Source: an uncultured Clostridia bacterium (GTDB taxonomy: Bacteria; Bacillota; Clostridia; Oscillospirales; CAG-272). From it: 64,000 bases of DNA. Numbering within the stretch: the first letter of the stretch is position 1; every line of letters starts with the position of its first letter. The position numbers and the translations under genes are program-made. Below, piece by piece: positions 44,843 through 53,627 of the stretch. Under the pieces are notes generated by a model that worked only from the letters and a program-made list of their open reading frames with translations, did no database searches and was not told the origin of the DNA. Location: NCBI GenBank assembly GCA_944384585.1, contig CALWTY010000001.1, positions 19,849 through 83,848 on the forward strand, written 5' to 3'.

Positions 44843-45865
44843 ATGCCGCTTATCAGCGTAATCGTACCCGTCTATCGGGCCGAAGCCTATCTTGACCGCT
44901 GCGTCGAAAGCCTCCTTGCCCAGACCTTCCGTGACTTTGAGCTGATCCTGGTCGACGACGGCAGCCCTGACCGCTGTCCCGCCCTCTGCGACGAATGGGC
45001 AGAGCGGGACGGCCGTATCCGCGTGATCCACAAGCAAAACGGGGGACTGTCCTCCGCCCGGAACGCCGGGCTTGACGTGATGGAGGGGGACTATGTGATC
45101 TTTGTCGACAGCGACGACGCCGTCCATCCGCAGATGCTGGCGCTTCTTCTTTCGGCGCTGACCGAGACCGACGCCGATATCGCCGTTGCGGAATTTGAAG
45201 TATTTTCTTCCGATGCGCTGCCCCCCTCCGCCTCCGAGGAGATCCGGAACCCGCCGCTGACGCTTCTTGATCTCTCGGCGGGATTCACAAACAAGCTCTT
45301 TGCCGAGTTCTCCAATTCCCCCTGGATGAAGCTCTACCGAAGGCAGCTCTTCGAGGCTCTCCGCTTCCGGGAGGGGCTGCTGTATGAGGATCTGCACCTC
45401 AAGCCCTATCTCCTCCTTCACCCCTCGGTCAGACGCATCGTGCAGTGCGGGGCGGTGCTGTATTACTACTACAAGAGCGCGGAAAACGTCTCGATCATGC
45501 AATCGTCTCTCACCCCCGCCAAGCTCCATTCCGCGGTCTTCAGCAGCCTCGACCATTACCGTCTCTACAAGCGGAAGGGGTTGTCGGAATTTGCCCATAT
45601 CGCCGCCTATCAGCTCGTGCTGAACTTCGTCGTCGCCTCCCTTTCCGAGAATCGGAGCAAGGCGTTCCGCTCCGCCTTCCGGTCCCACTATTTCCGATGC
45701 TTCTTTCACGTCCTCTTTCTCCCTCCCGCCATGCTTTCCTTCAAGAACAAGCTGGTCTTCTTCTCCACCGCACTGCCCTTCCGGGCGCTGAAGAATCGCT
45801 ACCGCAGGATGTTTCGGCAGGAAAGGGCACTTCAGCAGCCGAATAATTTCCTCAATTATGTCTGA
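44843..45865 (+). CDS. glycosyltransferase, GT2 family (tandem paralog B)
   Basis: Same N-terminal 220 aa as 43670..44692, with a diverged C-terminal third. 340 aa. Confidence 0.85.
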   Translation: MPLISVIVPVYRAEAYLDRCVESLLAQTFRDFELILVDDGSPDRCPALCDEWAERDGRIRVIHKQNGGLSSARNAGLDVMEGDYVIFVDSDDAVHPQMLALLLSALTETDADIAVAEFEVFSSDALPPSASEEIRNPPLTLLDLSAGFTNKLFAEFSNSPWMKLYRRQLFEALRFREGLLYEDLHLKPYLLLHPSVRRIVQCGAVLYYYYKSAENVSIMQSSLTPAKLHSAVFSSLDHYRLYKRKGLSEFAHIAAYQLVLNFVVASLSENRSKAFRSAFRSHYFRCFFHVLFLPPAMLSFKNKLVFFSTALPFRALKNRYRRMFRQERALQQPNNFLNYV

Positions 45866-45870
45866 AACGA

Positions 45871-45899
45871 TTGAAATATCAGGCGGAACATGATATAAT
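45871..45899 (+). promoter_or_regulatory. extended -10 promoter for the PH-domain gene
   Basis: TTGAAA (45871-45876), 17-nt spacer, TGaTATAAT (TATAAT at 45894-45899). A diverged copy (TAGAAT...TGgTATAAT) sits at 44698-44726. Confidence 0.55.
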
Positions 45900-45945
45900 G
45901 AAGGTGTATCCGAAAGAAATTACCGAAAAAACGGAGGTGTCTCTC

Positions 45946-46353
45946 ATGGATTCCGAAAAAATCATCTGGAAGGACAGAAAGCGCACGATCTTCGGGCTTC
46001 CCTGGTCCTTTACGCGGTACTGTCTCACCGAAAACAAGCTGCTGATCGATATCGGACTGTTCTCCCGCACCGAGGAGGAGATCCGCCTCTATCGGATCAT
46101 GGATATCACGCTGAAGCGCTCTCTCGGGGAGCGCCTCTTCGGGCTCGGCACGATCCACTGCTGCTCCGGGGACAAGACCAGCCCGGAGTTTGACATCAAG
46201 CACATCAAAAAGCCGAAGGACGTCAAGAATATGCTCTCCGACATGGTGGAAAAGGAGCGCACGGAGCGCCGCGTCGGGCTGCGGGAATTCATGGACGGAA
46301 GCGACGACGAGGAGATGGGCGGTTCGGAGGGCGATCAGCCGCTTGCCGAGTAA
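45946..46353 (+). CDS. bacterial PH-domain (DUF304/YdbT-like) protein
   Basis: IIWKDRKRTIFGLPW...YRIMDITLKRSLGERLFGLGTI pattern. GGAGG SD upstream of the internal ATG at MDSEK. Confidence 0.65.
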   Translation: MDSEKIIWKDRKRTIFGLPWSFTRYCLTENKLLIDIGLFSRTEEEIRLYRIMDITLKRSLGERLFGLGTIHCCSGDKTSPEFDIKHIKKPKDVKNMLSDMVEKERTERRVGLREFMDGSDDEEMGGSEGDQPLAE

Positions 46354-46384
46354 TCGCCGCCTTCCCCGCAGAGAGTATGCGCAT

Positions 46385-46421
46385 CGGGGCTTTGCCGGAA
46401 AATCCGGCAAAGCCCCTTTCG
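46385..46421. terminator. bidirectional terminator
   Basis: GGGGCTTTGCCGG-aaaat-CCGGCAAAGCCCC followed by a T-rich tract. Lies between convergent genes. Confidence 0.75.
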
Positions 46422-47108
46422 TTATCGTTTGGTTTTTTTCAAAGCGCGAAGTCCCTTCAGCCCGTAGTGTCCCGCCGCCGCAAGCAGCGTCATCAGCGCA
46501 AGATAATCAAGATAAAAGAGCAGCCGCGGTTCGTCGTAATCGAGGAAAACGAATTCGCTCCTCAGGAAGAGATAGGTCGGGAAATCCCGTTTGATGAAGA
46601 CGACCAATCCCCATCCCGAAATCACGGCGGCAACAGCGGCAGCCGCCCGCCGCCTCCCCTTTGTCGGCGCACCGCGGGAGAAGCGCTTGCGGAGCGCGTC
46701 GAGGAGCAGTTTCCAATGCAGGCCGAGATGCAGACTCATGAGCAGATAGCCCCAATACGCGCCGAGAATATGCAGGCGACGCGCCAGCGCCATTCCCTTT
46801 TCGATCGGCAGGTCGGCAAAGAGATGCCGCGACATCACAACGCCGCTGTACGCCTGTGCCGCCATCGAAAGCAGGACGGAGAGGTCGACGATCAGCATCA
46901 CGACGCGGTAGGGTGTGTATTTGCCCTTTGTTAGATTCCGATGCCAGCTCAGATTGAGCAGATGATGCGCGACAAACAACACCGTCATCCCCGCGCCGAT
47001 CCATTCGTGCGCTGCCTCTCCCCAGAACTGATAGCCGCTGAGCAGCAACAGCAGCGCCGCCGTCATCAGCAGATCCACCGCCGGCTTGAGCATTCGCTTG
47101 ATCTTCAT
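46422..47108 (-). CDS. DUF4405-like multi-pass membrane protein (His-rich, cytochrome-b-like)
   Basis: Hydrophobic helices with conserved His (AAHEWIGAGMTVLFVAHHLLN; RRLHILGAYWGYLLMSLHLGLHW). Confidence 0.65.
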   Translation of the reverse strand: MKIKRMLKPAVDLLMTAALLLLLSGYQFWGEAAHEWIGAGMTVLFVAHHLLNLSWHRNLTKGKYTPYRVVMLIVDLSVLLSMAAQAYSGVVMSRHLFADLPIEKGMALARRLHILGAYWGYLLMSLHLGLHWKLLLDALRKRFSRGAPTKGRRRAAAAVAAVISGWGLVVFIKRDFPTYLFLRSEFVFLDYDEPRLLFYLDYLALMTLLAAAGHYGLKGLRALKKTKR

Positions 47109-47360
47109 GCCTTTTCCTCCTTTTCGATACGGAAGCTCTGCCGTCTGCGGGGCTCTCCTCCGCCCCGGTGCGCAGGGAGCTACCTCTCATCCTGTCCCCG
47201 CCGCACGGCGTTGACTTTCCCCGCGCCCCGCTCCGCCCTCCGGGCAGGCGCAAATCGGCGTGTTTTTCCGAAATCCGGAACAGATCCCGTTCATCTTTGC
47301 CGTCGACGCGCGTATCCCTTCCCGGCTTCCCGCCGCGAGGCAAACCATCGCGCACGCCCG

Positions 47361-48353
47361 TCAGAGCGGCGGATTTTCCGCCATCACCCCGACCGGCCGA
47401 TGGGGCAGGTACGGGGCTTCCAGATAGGCGTTTTCCTCCCGGCTCAGCTCCAGCATGACCGCCCGCGCCGCGCCCTCCAGCTGCCGGAGATTCGTTACTC
47501 CGACCACAGGGGCTTCCGTCCGTCCCATCAGCCATGCCAGCGCGACCTCTGTCATCGAGACACCGCGGCGATCCGCCACCTCCGCCACACGGCGGATGAT
47601 CCGGCTGTCCTGCCGCGCGGTGGCGTCGTATTTTCCCTTGGCATAGAGATCCTTCCGAAGCCGCTCGGTCCGATCGCCCGGCCTTCTTGCCAACCGTCCG
47701 CCCGCCAGCGGACTGTAGGGAGTCATGGCAATCTTTTTCTCGCGGCAGAGCCGCGCCATCTCCCGCTCCTCCTCCCGGAAGATCAGGTTATAGTGTCCCT
47801 GCACCGAGATAAAGGGCGGGAAGCCCTCCCGCTCCGCCAGCGCATTAGCCTCCGCGAGCTGATAGGCGTAGCAATTGGTGATGCCGATATACCGGACCTT
47901 CCCCGCCGCGACCGCACGGTGCAGCCCGTCCATGACCTCAAAGAGCGGCGTGCGGTAATCCCACATATGGCAGATGTATAGATCGATATGATCCCGCCCG
48001 AGGCGCATCAGGCTCTCATCGAGCATTCTCGCAATATGCTGCTGCCCCGATACCCCGCGTTCGATCTCCTCGACGCTGCGGGGAAGAAATTTGGTGGCGA
48101 CCACCGCCTCCCCCCGTCGGTCAAGGGCCCGGAGCGCGCTTCCGAGATACAGCTCGCTCGTTCCCCCCTGATAGGCCGCGGCGGTATCGAAGAAACTGAT
48201 TCCCAATTCAAGCGCCCGTCCGACAATCTGCCCGGTCTGCCGCTCGTCGACCGTCCACTTGTGCGGGCCGTCCTCCCGGCTTCCGAAGCCCATGCAGCCG
48301 AGGCAGACGCGCGAGACCCGCAGCGCCGAATTGCCCGGCATCGTATATTGCAT
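47361..48353 (-). CDS. aldo/keto reductase
   Basis: LGCMGFG, FFDTAAAYQGG and CHMWD motifs. Start at the internal ATG (MQYTMPG) 4-5 nt after GGAAGGAGGA. Confidence 0.85.
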   Translation of the reverse strand: MQYTMPGNSALRVSRVCLGCMGFGSREDGPHKWTVDERQTGQIVGRALELGISFFDTAAAYQGGTSELYLGSALRALDRRGEAVVATKFLPRSVEEIERGVSGQQHIARMLDESLMRLGRDHIDLYICHMWDYRTPLFEVMDGLHRAVAAGKVRYIGITNCYAYQLAEANALAEREGFPPFISVQGHYNLIFREEEREMARLCREKKIAMTPYSPLAGGRLARRPGDRTERLRKDLYAKGKYDATARQDSRIIRRVAEVADRRGVSMTEVALAWLMGRTEAPVVGVTNLRQLEGAARAVMLELSREENAYLEAPYLPHRPVGVMAENPPL

Positions 48354-48600
48354 CGTGTCCTCCTTCCGCGCCACGTCGGGCGCTTCCCTCTTACGTCACG
48401 TTCCCCTCTGCGGGCGCGCAGTCTCTCCGTCGGGGGATCGCCCTATCCGCCGGAGCGGCGGTGCGCCGCCCCGATCGGAAAGGCGCTTTCTTCCGGAACA
48501 TCTTGGTTATATTTATTATAGGCTATTTTTCTTGAAATGTCCAATACTTATATTTTATCACGAACTATGCTTTTCAGGTATTGTATGACAGGGCCGCCAC

Positions 48601-48629
48601 AAAAAAAGCCGCCCCCTTCGGGGGGCGGC
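48601..48629 (-). terminator. rho-independent terminator after potD
   Basis: On the minus strand: GCCGCCCCC-cgaa-GGGGGCGGC followed by TTTTTTT. Confidence 0.85.
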
Positions 48630-48640
48630 AGCGGCTCTGT

Positions 48641-49753
48641 TTATGAGATCAGAAAATCCTCCCACAGCTTGGTCATGTAGTCAAGCGTTGCGGCATCGAG
48701 ATTGCGGAAGGCATACTTGGCATAGGAAGCGGCAAAGTCGTAGTCCTCGGGATACAGAACCTTGATGGCCTCCTCTCCCATCTCCTCCCGATACTCCTCG
48801 CTGTTCAGCACCAGCGTATTGGGGGAAGCGTAGCAATGCATCAGGGAGTTGGCAACCGCCGCATCCTCCATGAGCATGAAATTGATATACGCCTCGGCAG
48901 CCTCCTTGTGCTCGGAGGTCTTAAGCACGCACATCGCGTCGACATAGACGTTGGAATGCTCCGGCAGGAAGCAGCGCAGATCGACGTCGTCGGCCTGCTC
49001 GCTCTGCATCGTGAAAAAGTCCCCGACGTAGTATGCGCCGATGGCGGCCTCGCCCGATTCCATCATATTGAAGATCTCGTCCATGACCAGACCCTTGCGC
49101 AGAGGCGTCTGCTCCTTCAGCTTGGCAACCGCCTGATCCCAGACGGCCTTATCGGCGGAGTTGACGTCAAGATCCATCATATACATCGCGGTGGCAAAGG
49201 CGTCGCGGGGGTTATTGAACTGGAGGATTTCTCCCTTGTACTTCTCGTTCCACATGACCTCCCAGCCGGTCACATCGGCGGGATCGACCTCATTCGCGTC
49301 GTAGATGATGCCCACTACGCCGTAGGTATAGGGAACGGTATACTTGTTTTCGGGATCGTAGTGCAGATTCCGATACTTTTCGTCGATATTCTTGTAGGCG
49401 GGGATATTGTCGAAATTCAGCTCCGCCAGCATATCCTTTTCAATGAAATATTCGATCATATAGTCGGAGGGCACGATGACGTCATACTTGACCGCGCCGG
49501 TCTCCAGCTTGGAACGGAGGCTCTCGTTGGAATCGAAGGTATCGTAGTTGACGCGGATCTTCTGCCCGTAGGTCTCAAAATACCACTTCTCGAATTCCTT
49601 GTTGGTGTCATAGGTTCCCTCTTCTCCGATCGAGATATACTCGCCCCAATTATAGACGTTGAGGACGATGGTATCCCCGTCGGAACAGCCGGTGAGCGCC
49701 GCAGCCGCGGCAAGGAGGAGGGCGGCAAGCGCCGCAAGAATGAGTTTTTTCAT
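48641..49753 (-). CDS. potD: spermidine/putrescine ABC transporter substrate-binding lipoprotein
   Basis: Lipobox LTGCSDG and a PotD-like fold pattern (NVYNWGEYI...VPSDYM). Last gene of the potABCD order. Confidence 0.85.
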   Translation of the reverse strand: MKKLILAALAALLLAAAAALTGCSDGDTIVLNVYNWGEYISIGEEGTYDTNKEFEKWYFETYGQKIRVNYDTFDSNESLRSKLETGAVKYDVIVPSDYMIEYFIEKDMLAELNFDNIPAYKNIDEKYRNLHYDPENKYTVPYTYGVVGIIYDANEVDPADVTGWEVMWNEKYKGEILQFNNPRDAFATAMYMMDLDVNSADKAVWDQAVAKLKEQTPLRKGLVMDEIFNMMESGEAAIGAYYVGDFFTMQSEQADDVDLRCFLPEHSNVYVDAMCVLKTSEHKEAAEAYINFMLMEDAAVANSLMHCYASPNTLVLNSEEYREEMGEEAIKVLYPEDYDFAASYAKYAFRNLDAATLDYMTKLWEDFLIS

Positions 49754-49788
49754 TGATTTGATCCTTTCTTTTACAGTCTGCGGAAGGG

Positions 49789-50649
49789 CTACGGAGTGGG
49801 AATCCCCGTCTGCTCGCCGCGATTTAGGCTCTTTCTGATTCTGGCCAGCTTGCGCTCGTCGCGGGTGCTGATGATATTGCTTGAGACAAGCAGGATCAGA
49901 ATGACGGCAAAAATGATGGTGGCCAGGGCATAGATCTTGGGGGTAACGGTCTTCTTGGTCATTCCGTAGATCAGCAGCGGCAGGGTCTGGAAGCTGCTGC
50001 CCTTGGTGAAGTAGCTGATGACAAAGTCATCGAGGGACATGGTAAAGGCCATCAGCCCTCCTGTCATCACGCCCGGCATGATCTCCGGCAGCTCCACCTT
50101 GAAAAAGGACTGGAGGGGGGTGCAGCCGAGGTCGAGCGCCGCCTCCGGCATCGACTTGTCCATCTGACTGAACTTCGGCAGAACGGAGAGGATGACATAG
50201 GGCAGGCAGAAGGTGACGTGGGCGATCAGCATCGTCCTGAAGTTGAGCGATTCCGAAAATCCCAGCATCGTCCCGACAAAGACGAACATCAGCATCAGCG
50301 CGATGCCGGTGATGATATCGGGATTCATCATCGGGATATTGGTGACTGTCATGACGGTGGATTTGAGGAGCTTGCGCCGCATCTTGCTGATGCCGTAGGC
50401 GGCCGCCGTCCCCATGACCGTCGAGATCGCGGCGGAGACCACCGCCAGCACGACCGAATTGCGGAGCGCCGTCAGCGTCGCGTCGTCCTCGAAGAGATTG
50501 CGATACCACCTCATCGAGAAGCCGGACAGGTTGACGGTGCTTTTGCCCTCGTTGAAGGAAAAGACGATCAGCACCGCGATGGGCGCAAAGAGGAAGACGA
50601 AGAGCAGAATAATGTAGACGGTGGATATGATCTTATGATTCTTTTTCAC
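49789..50649 (-). CDS. potC: spermidine/putrescine ABC transporter permease
   Basis: EAALDLGCTPLQSFFKVELP EAA-loop. Six hydrophobic segments. Confidence 0.85.
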   Translation of the reverse strand: MKKNHKIISTVYIILLFVFLFAPIAVLIVFSFNEGKSTVNLSGFSMRWYRNLFEDDATLTALRNSVVLAVVSAAISTVMGTAAAYGISKMRRKLLKSTVMTVTNIPMMNPDIITGIALMLMFVFVGTMLGFSESLNFRTMLIAHVTFCLPYVILSVLPKFSQMDKSMPEAALDLGCTPLQSFFKVELPEIMPGVMTGGLMAFTMSLDDFVISYFTKGSSFQTLPLLIYGMTKKTVTPKIYALATIIFAVILILLVSSNIISTRDERKLARIRKSLNRGEQTGIPTP

Positions 50650-51503
50650 GGCATAAGCCCTCCTCCGCTGCTGTTGTCGGAAAACCGGTCCATGACGAAC
50701 ATCCCGGCAAGCAGGAGCAGCATCAGCACGAAGGAGATCGCCGCCGCCATGTGCAGGTTATTGGAATTGAACTGCGTCTCAATGGCGTCTCCGATCAGAT
50801 AGAAGTTGCCGCCGCCGAGCTTTCTTGAGATATAGAAGGTGGAGATGGAGGGAACAAAGACCATCATGACTCCCGAAACCACGCCCGGCAGGCTCTGGGG
50901 CACGATGACCTTGCGGAAGACGGCGAAGGGGTTGCAGCCGAGGTCGGAAGCCGCCTCCACCAGCCGATGATCGAGCTTGGTCATGATGGAATAGATCGGC
51001 AGGATCATATAAGGCAGGTAATCATAGACCATTCCGACCACCACGGCCCCCTCGGTATACATCATGCGCATCGGCCCGATGCCGAGGCTCTCCAACGCGC
51101 CGTTGATGATGCCGGTATCCTGAAGCAGCACCATCCACGCATAGGTGCGGATCAGGAAGTTCATCCACATCGGGAGCATGATCAGCATGATCAGGGTCTT
51201 CTGCTTCTTCGGATCGGTGCGCGCGATGAAGTAGGCGGCGGGATAGCCGATGAGCAGGCAGATCAGCGTCGCCAGCAGCGCCAGCTTGACCGAGCGGAGC
51301 AGGATCGTCAGGTACTTCGGGGTGAAGAACGCCTTGATATTCTCCAGCGTAAAGGCAAAGTCACGGTCGGTGAAGGAATAGTACGCCACAAAGATCAGCG
51401 GGATCACGATGAACAGCACCGCCCAGAAAAAATAGGGGGCGGCGGCGAAGCGCTGAAGCAGCGACCGCGTCACCGAGACCTTTTTCGTCCTGGTAGAAGT
51501 CAT
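50646..51503 (-). CDS. potB: spermidine/putrescine ABC transporter permease
   Basis: EAASDLGCNPFAVFRKVIVPQSLPG EAA-loop. ATGA-type overlap with potC. Confidence 0.85.
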   Translation of the reverse strand: MTSTRTKKVSVTRSLLQRFAAAPYFFWAVLFIVIPLIFVAYYSFTDRDFAFTLENIKAFFTPKYLTILLRSVKLALLATLICLLIGYPAAYFIARTDPKKQKTLIMLIMLPMWMNFLIRTYAWMVLLQDTGIINGALESLGIGPMRMMYTEGAVVVGMVYDYLPYMILPIYSIMTKLDHRLVEAASDLGCNPFAVFRKVIVPQSLPGVVSGVMMVFVPSISTFYISRKLGGGNFYLIGDAIETQFNSNNLHMAAAISFVLMLLLLAGMFVMDRFSDNSSGGGLMP

Positions 51504-51506
51504 GGC

Positions 51507-52637
51507 TCACTCCTCCTCCGGCTCTTCGGTATCGGAGAGATGCTCCATCTCCTCCGAGAAGGTGGAATAGTCCCCGAACATTCCGGAGAACTCCGACTTT
51601 TTCATGACATGGATCGCGTCGGGCTCGATATAAAGCCCGATCACCGACCCGTTTTCGACATAATCGGTGGTCTGGATCATCCACTTGAAGCCGCCGATAT
51701 CGACGATGATCTCGAAATGCACGCCCTTGAAGGTGACGCTGGTCACGGTGCCGATCAGCATTCCGCGCTCCGGCGAGACGACGTCGACATCCTCCGGGCG
51801 CACCACCACATCGACCGGCTCGTGCTTGAGGAAGCCGGAATCGAGGCAGCGGAATTTCATGCCGGAGAAGCTGACGTAATAGTCGTCGAGCATCTGTCCG
51901 TCGAGGATATTGCTCTCCCCGATGAAATCCGCCACAAAGGCGTTCTGCGGCTCGTTGTAGATATCCTCCGGCGTTCCGATCTGCTGGATTTCCCCGTTGT
52001 CCATGACGACGACGATATCGCTCATGGAGAGCGCCTCCTCCTGATCGTGGGTGACGTAGACGAAGGTGATCCCCATTCGCTGCTGTATATTCTTCAGTTC
52101 GAGCTGCATATCCTTGCGGAGCTTCAGATCGAGCGCGCCGAGCGGCTCGTCCAGCAGCAGCACGCGGGGCTCGTTGATGAGAGCGCGCGCAATGGCGACC
52201 CGCTGCTGCTGGCCGCCCGACAAGGTGCTGATGCTCCTTTTTTCAAAGCCCTTGAGGTTCACAAGCTCGAGCATTTCCTGTACTTTTGCGGTAAGACCCG
52301 GCCCCGACGCTCCCTTGAGCTTCGGACCGAAGGCGATATTTTCAAAAACATTCAGATGGGGGAACAGGGCGTATTTCTGAAACACCGTGTTCACCGGACG
52401 CTTATAGGGCGGAACGTCGTTTACGGCCTTGCCGTCAAAATACACCACCCCTTCGTCGGGCGATTCAAACCCGCCGATAATTCTCAGGGTCGTGGTTTTG
52501 CCGCAGCCCGACGGACCGAGCAGCGTGACAAATTCCTTGTCACCGATCTCCAGATTGATTCTCTTGAGAACCATCTCGTCGTCAAAGGACTTGACGATGT
52601 TTTCCAATCGAATGATCTTATCCGCACTGTTATTCAT
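51507..52637 (-). CDS. potA: spermidine/putrescine ABC transporter ATPase
   Basis: Walker [10 protein letters not shown], signature [14 protein letters not shown], Walker [12 protein letters not shown], and a C-terminal TOBE-like domain. Confidence 0.9.
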   Translation of the reverse strand: MNNSADKIIRLENIVKSFDDEMVLKRINLEIGDKEFVTLLGPSGCGKTTTLRIIGGFESPDEGVVYFDGKAVNDVPPYKRPVNTVFQKYALFPHLNVFENIAFGPKLKGASGPGLTAKVQEMLELVNLKGFEKRSISTLSGGQQQRVAIARALINEPRVLLLDEPLGALDLKLRKDMQLELKNIQQRMGITFVYVTHDQEEALSMSDIVVVMDNGEIQQIGTPEDIYNEPQNAFVADFIGESNILDGQMLDDYYVSFSGMKFRCLDSGFLKHEPVDVVVRPEDVDVVSPERGMLIGTVTSVTFKGVHFEIIVDIGGFKWMIQTTDYVENGSVIGLYIEPDAIHVMKKSEFSGMFGDYSTFSEEMEHLSDTEEPEEE

Positions 52638-52942
52638 CTCTCACTTATCGACCGCCTTTCGAAAGGGTATTGAACGAAATTCCGGCAGAGGCGCCCGGGT
52701 TTTCAGCACAAAAAAAGTATTGACGCGAAAAGCCGTTCCGAACGGAGCAAGCCCCGCCCTCCGCGCAGTCTGCGCGGCTATCCTCTGCAGTTTCGGAAAA
52801 TACGGTTACATTGTAGCAGACTATCCGGCAAAATGCAATAGTTTTCGCAAAATTTCTTGAAATTTCGTCATTATTCAATATTATACGGAATTATTGGCGG
52901 TTTTATTTAATTATATTAGGGAAAACGCGCGGATTCTTTGAT

Positions 52943-53557
52943 TTACTCCGTTTTCCCCTTCTGCCCGCCCCGAATAAAGACCGAGAAAAACAGGGCGCAG
53001 GAGAGGAGGAGCAGCGATGGATTTCCCTCCCGCACAAAGAAGAGGTAGACGGCGATCAGCCACATGAAAAACACCCCCGCAAAGGAAAAGATCCGCAGCA
53101 CGGCGTCGGCTTTTTCCTCGCTTGCAAGGGCGCAGAGGGCGCTTTTCAGCATTCCCCCGCCGTCCAGCCCCTCCACCGGCAGCAGATTGGTCAGCGCCAG
53201 CGTGAGATTGGCGGCGATGCTCCATTCCCGGAGCGCGCCCTGCGGCGCAAGCAGCAGCAGACCCGCCGCCGCAGCGTTAAAGGCCGCCCCTGCCGACGCG
53301 ATGAGAAAGTCCCGTCGGTAAGAGCGCAGCGGCGCGTCGAGCCTGATCTCCGCCCCGAAGGGCCAGACGATGATCTCCGTGATCCCGACTCCGCAGAGCT
53401 CCGCCGCCGTCATATGCCCCAGCTCGTGCAGCAGCGCCGCGCCGAGGGTGATCGGAAAAACCGGACTTCTGTCGGAGAGCAGAAGCAGCAGATAAAAGAG
53501 AAGACTGACAAGGGGAAGGCGGACCCTCACCCTCGCACGATATTTTTTATCCTTCAA
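52943..53557 (-). CDS. M50 site-2 protease family membrane metalloprotease
   Basis: HELGH zinc motif within a TM helix, and a later NLLPVEGLDGG motif. The annotated ATG at 53680 would overlap divergent hemW, so a TTG at 53557 is proposed. The start is uncertain. Confidence 0.65.
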   Translation of the reverse strand: MKDKKYRARVRVRLPLVSLLFYLLLLLSDRSPVFPITLGAALLHELGHMTAAELCGVGITEIIVWPFGAEIRLDAPLRSYRRDFLIASAGAAFNAAAAGLLLLAPQGALREWSIAANLTLALTNLLPVEGLDGGGMLKSALCALASEEKADAVLRIFSFAGVFFMWLIAVYLFFVREGNPSLLLLSCALFFSVFIRGGQKGKTE

Positions 53558-53627
53558 GCTATTGTCACCCGTGTTCCGTTGTGATATAATAAGGTAATCC
53601 CGTTTGATCCTGAGGAGGGCTTCCGAT

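Larger units (their letters stand above)
43483..45918 (+). repeat. tandem duplication (two units of about 1.2 kb) covering the GT2 paralogs
   Basis: Unit A is about 43483-44745 and unit B about 44784-45918. Gene offset is 1173 bp. A 625-bp core (43708-44332 vs 44881-45505) is identical by eye, and the flanks are diverged. Confidence 0.85.

Noticed and set aside
48354-48520. A GC-rich ~110-nt leader upstream of the aldo/keto reductase, with loose similarity to ykkC/guanidine-type riboswitch elements (TAGGG…CGGAGAG…GGGAAGCGCCCG).
   Set aside because: The matches are short and out of register with the consensus as I remember it. There is no expression-platform terminator, and aldo/keto reductases are not a known ykkC-associated gene class. 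It is worth a cmsearch but is not supportable by eye.
52638-52900. The long (~200-nt) leader between a TTGCAT…TACAAT promoter-like element and potA, with small hairpins (CCGCGC/GCGCGG at about 52770-52786; CCGTT/AACGG + TTTT at about 52733-52745), as a possible polyamine-responsive attenuator.
   Set aside because: The stems are short (5-6 bp), the U-run is weak, and I recognise no RNA family. The evidence is insufficient for a regulatory call.
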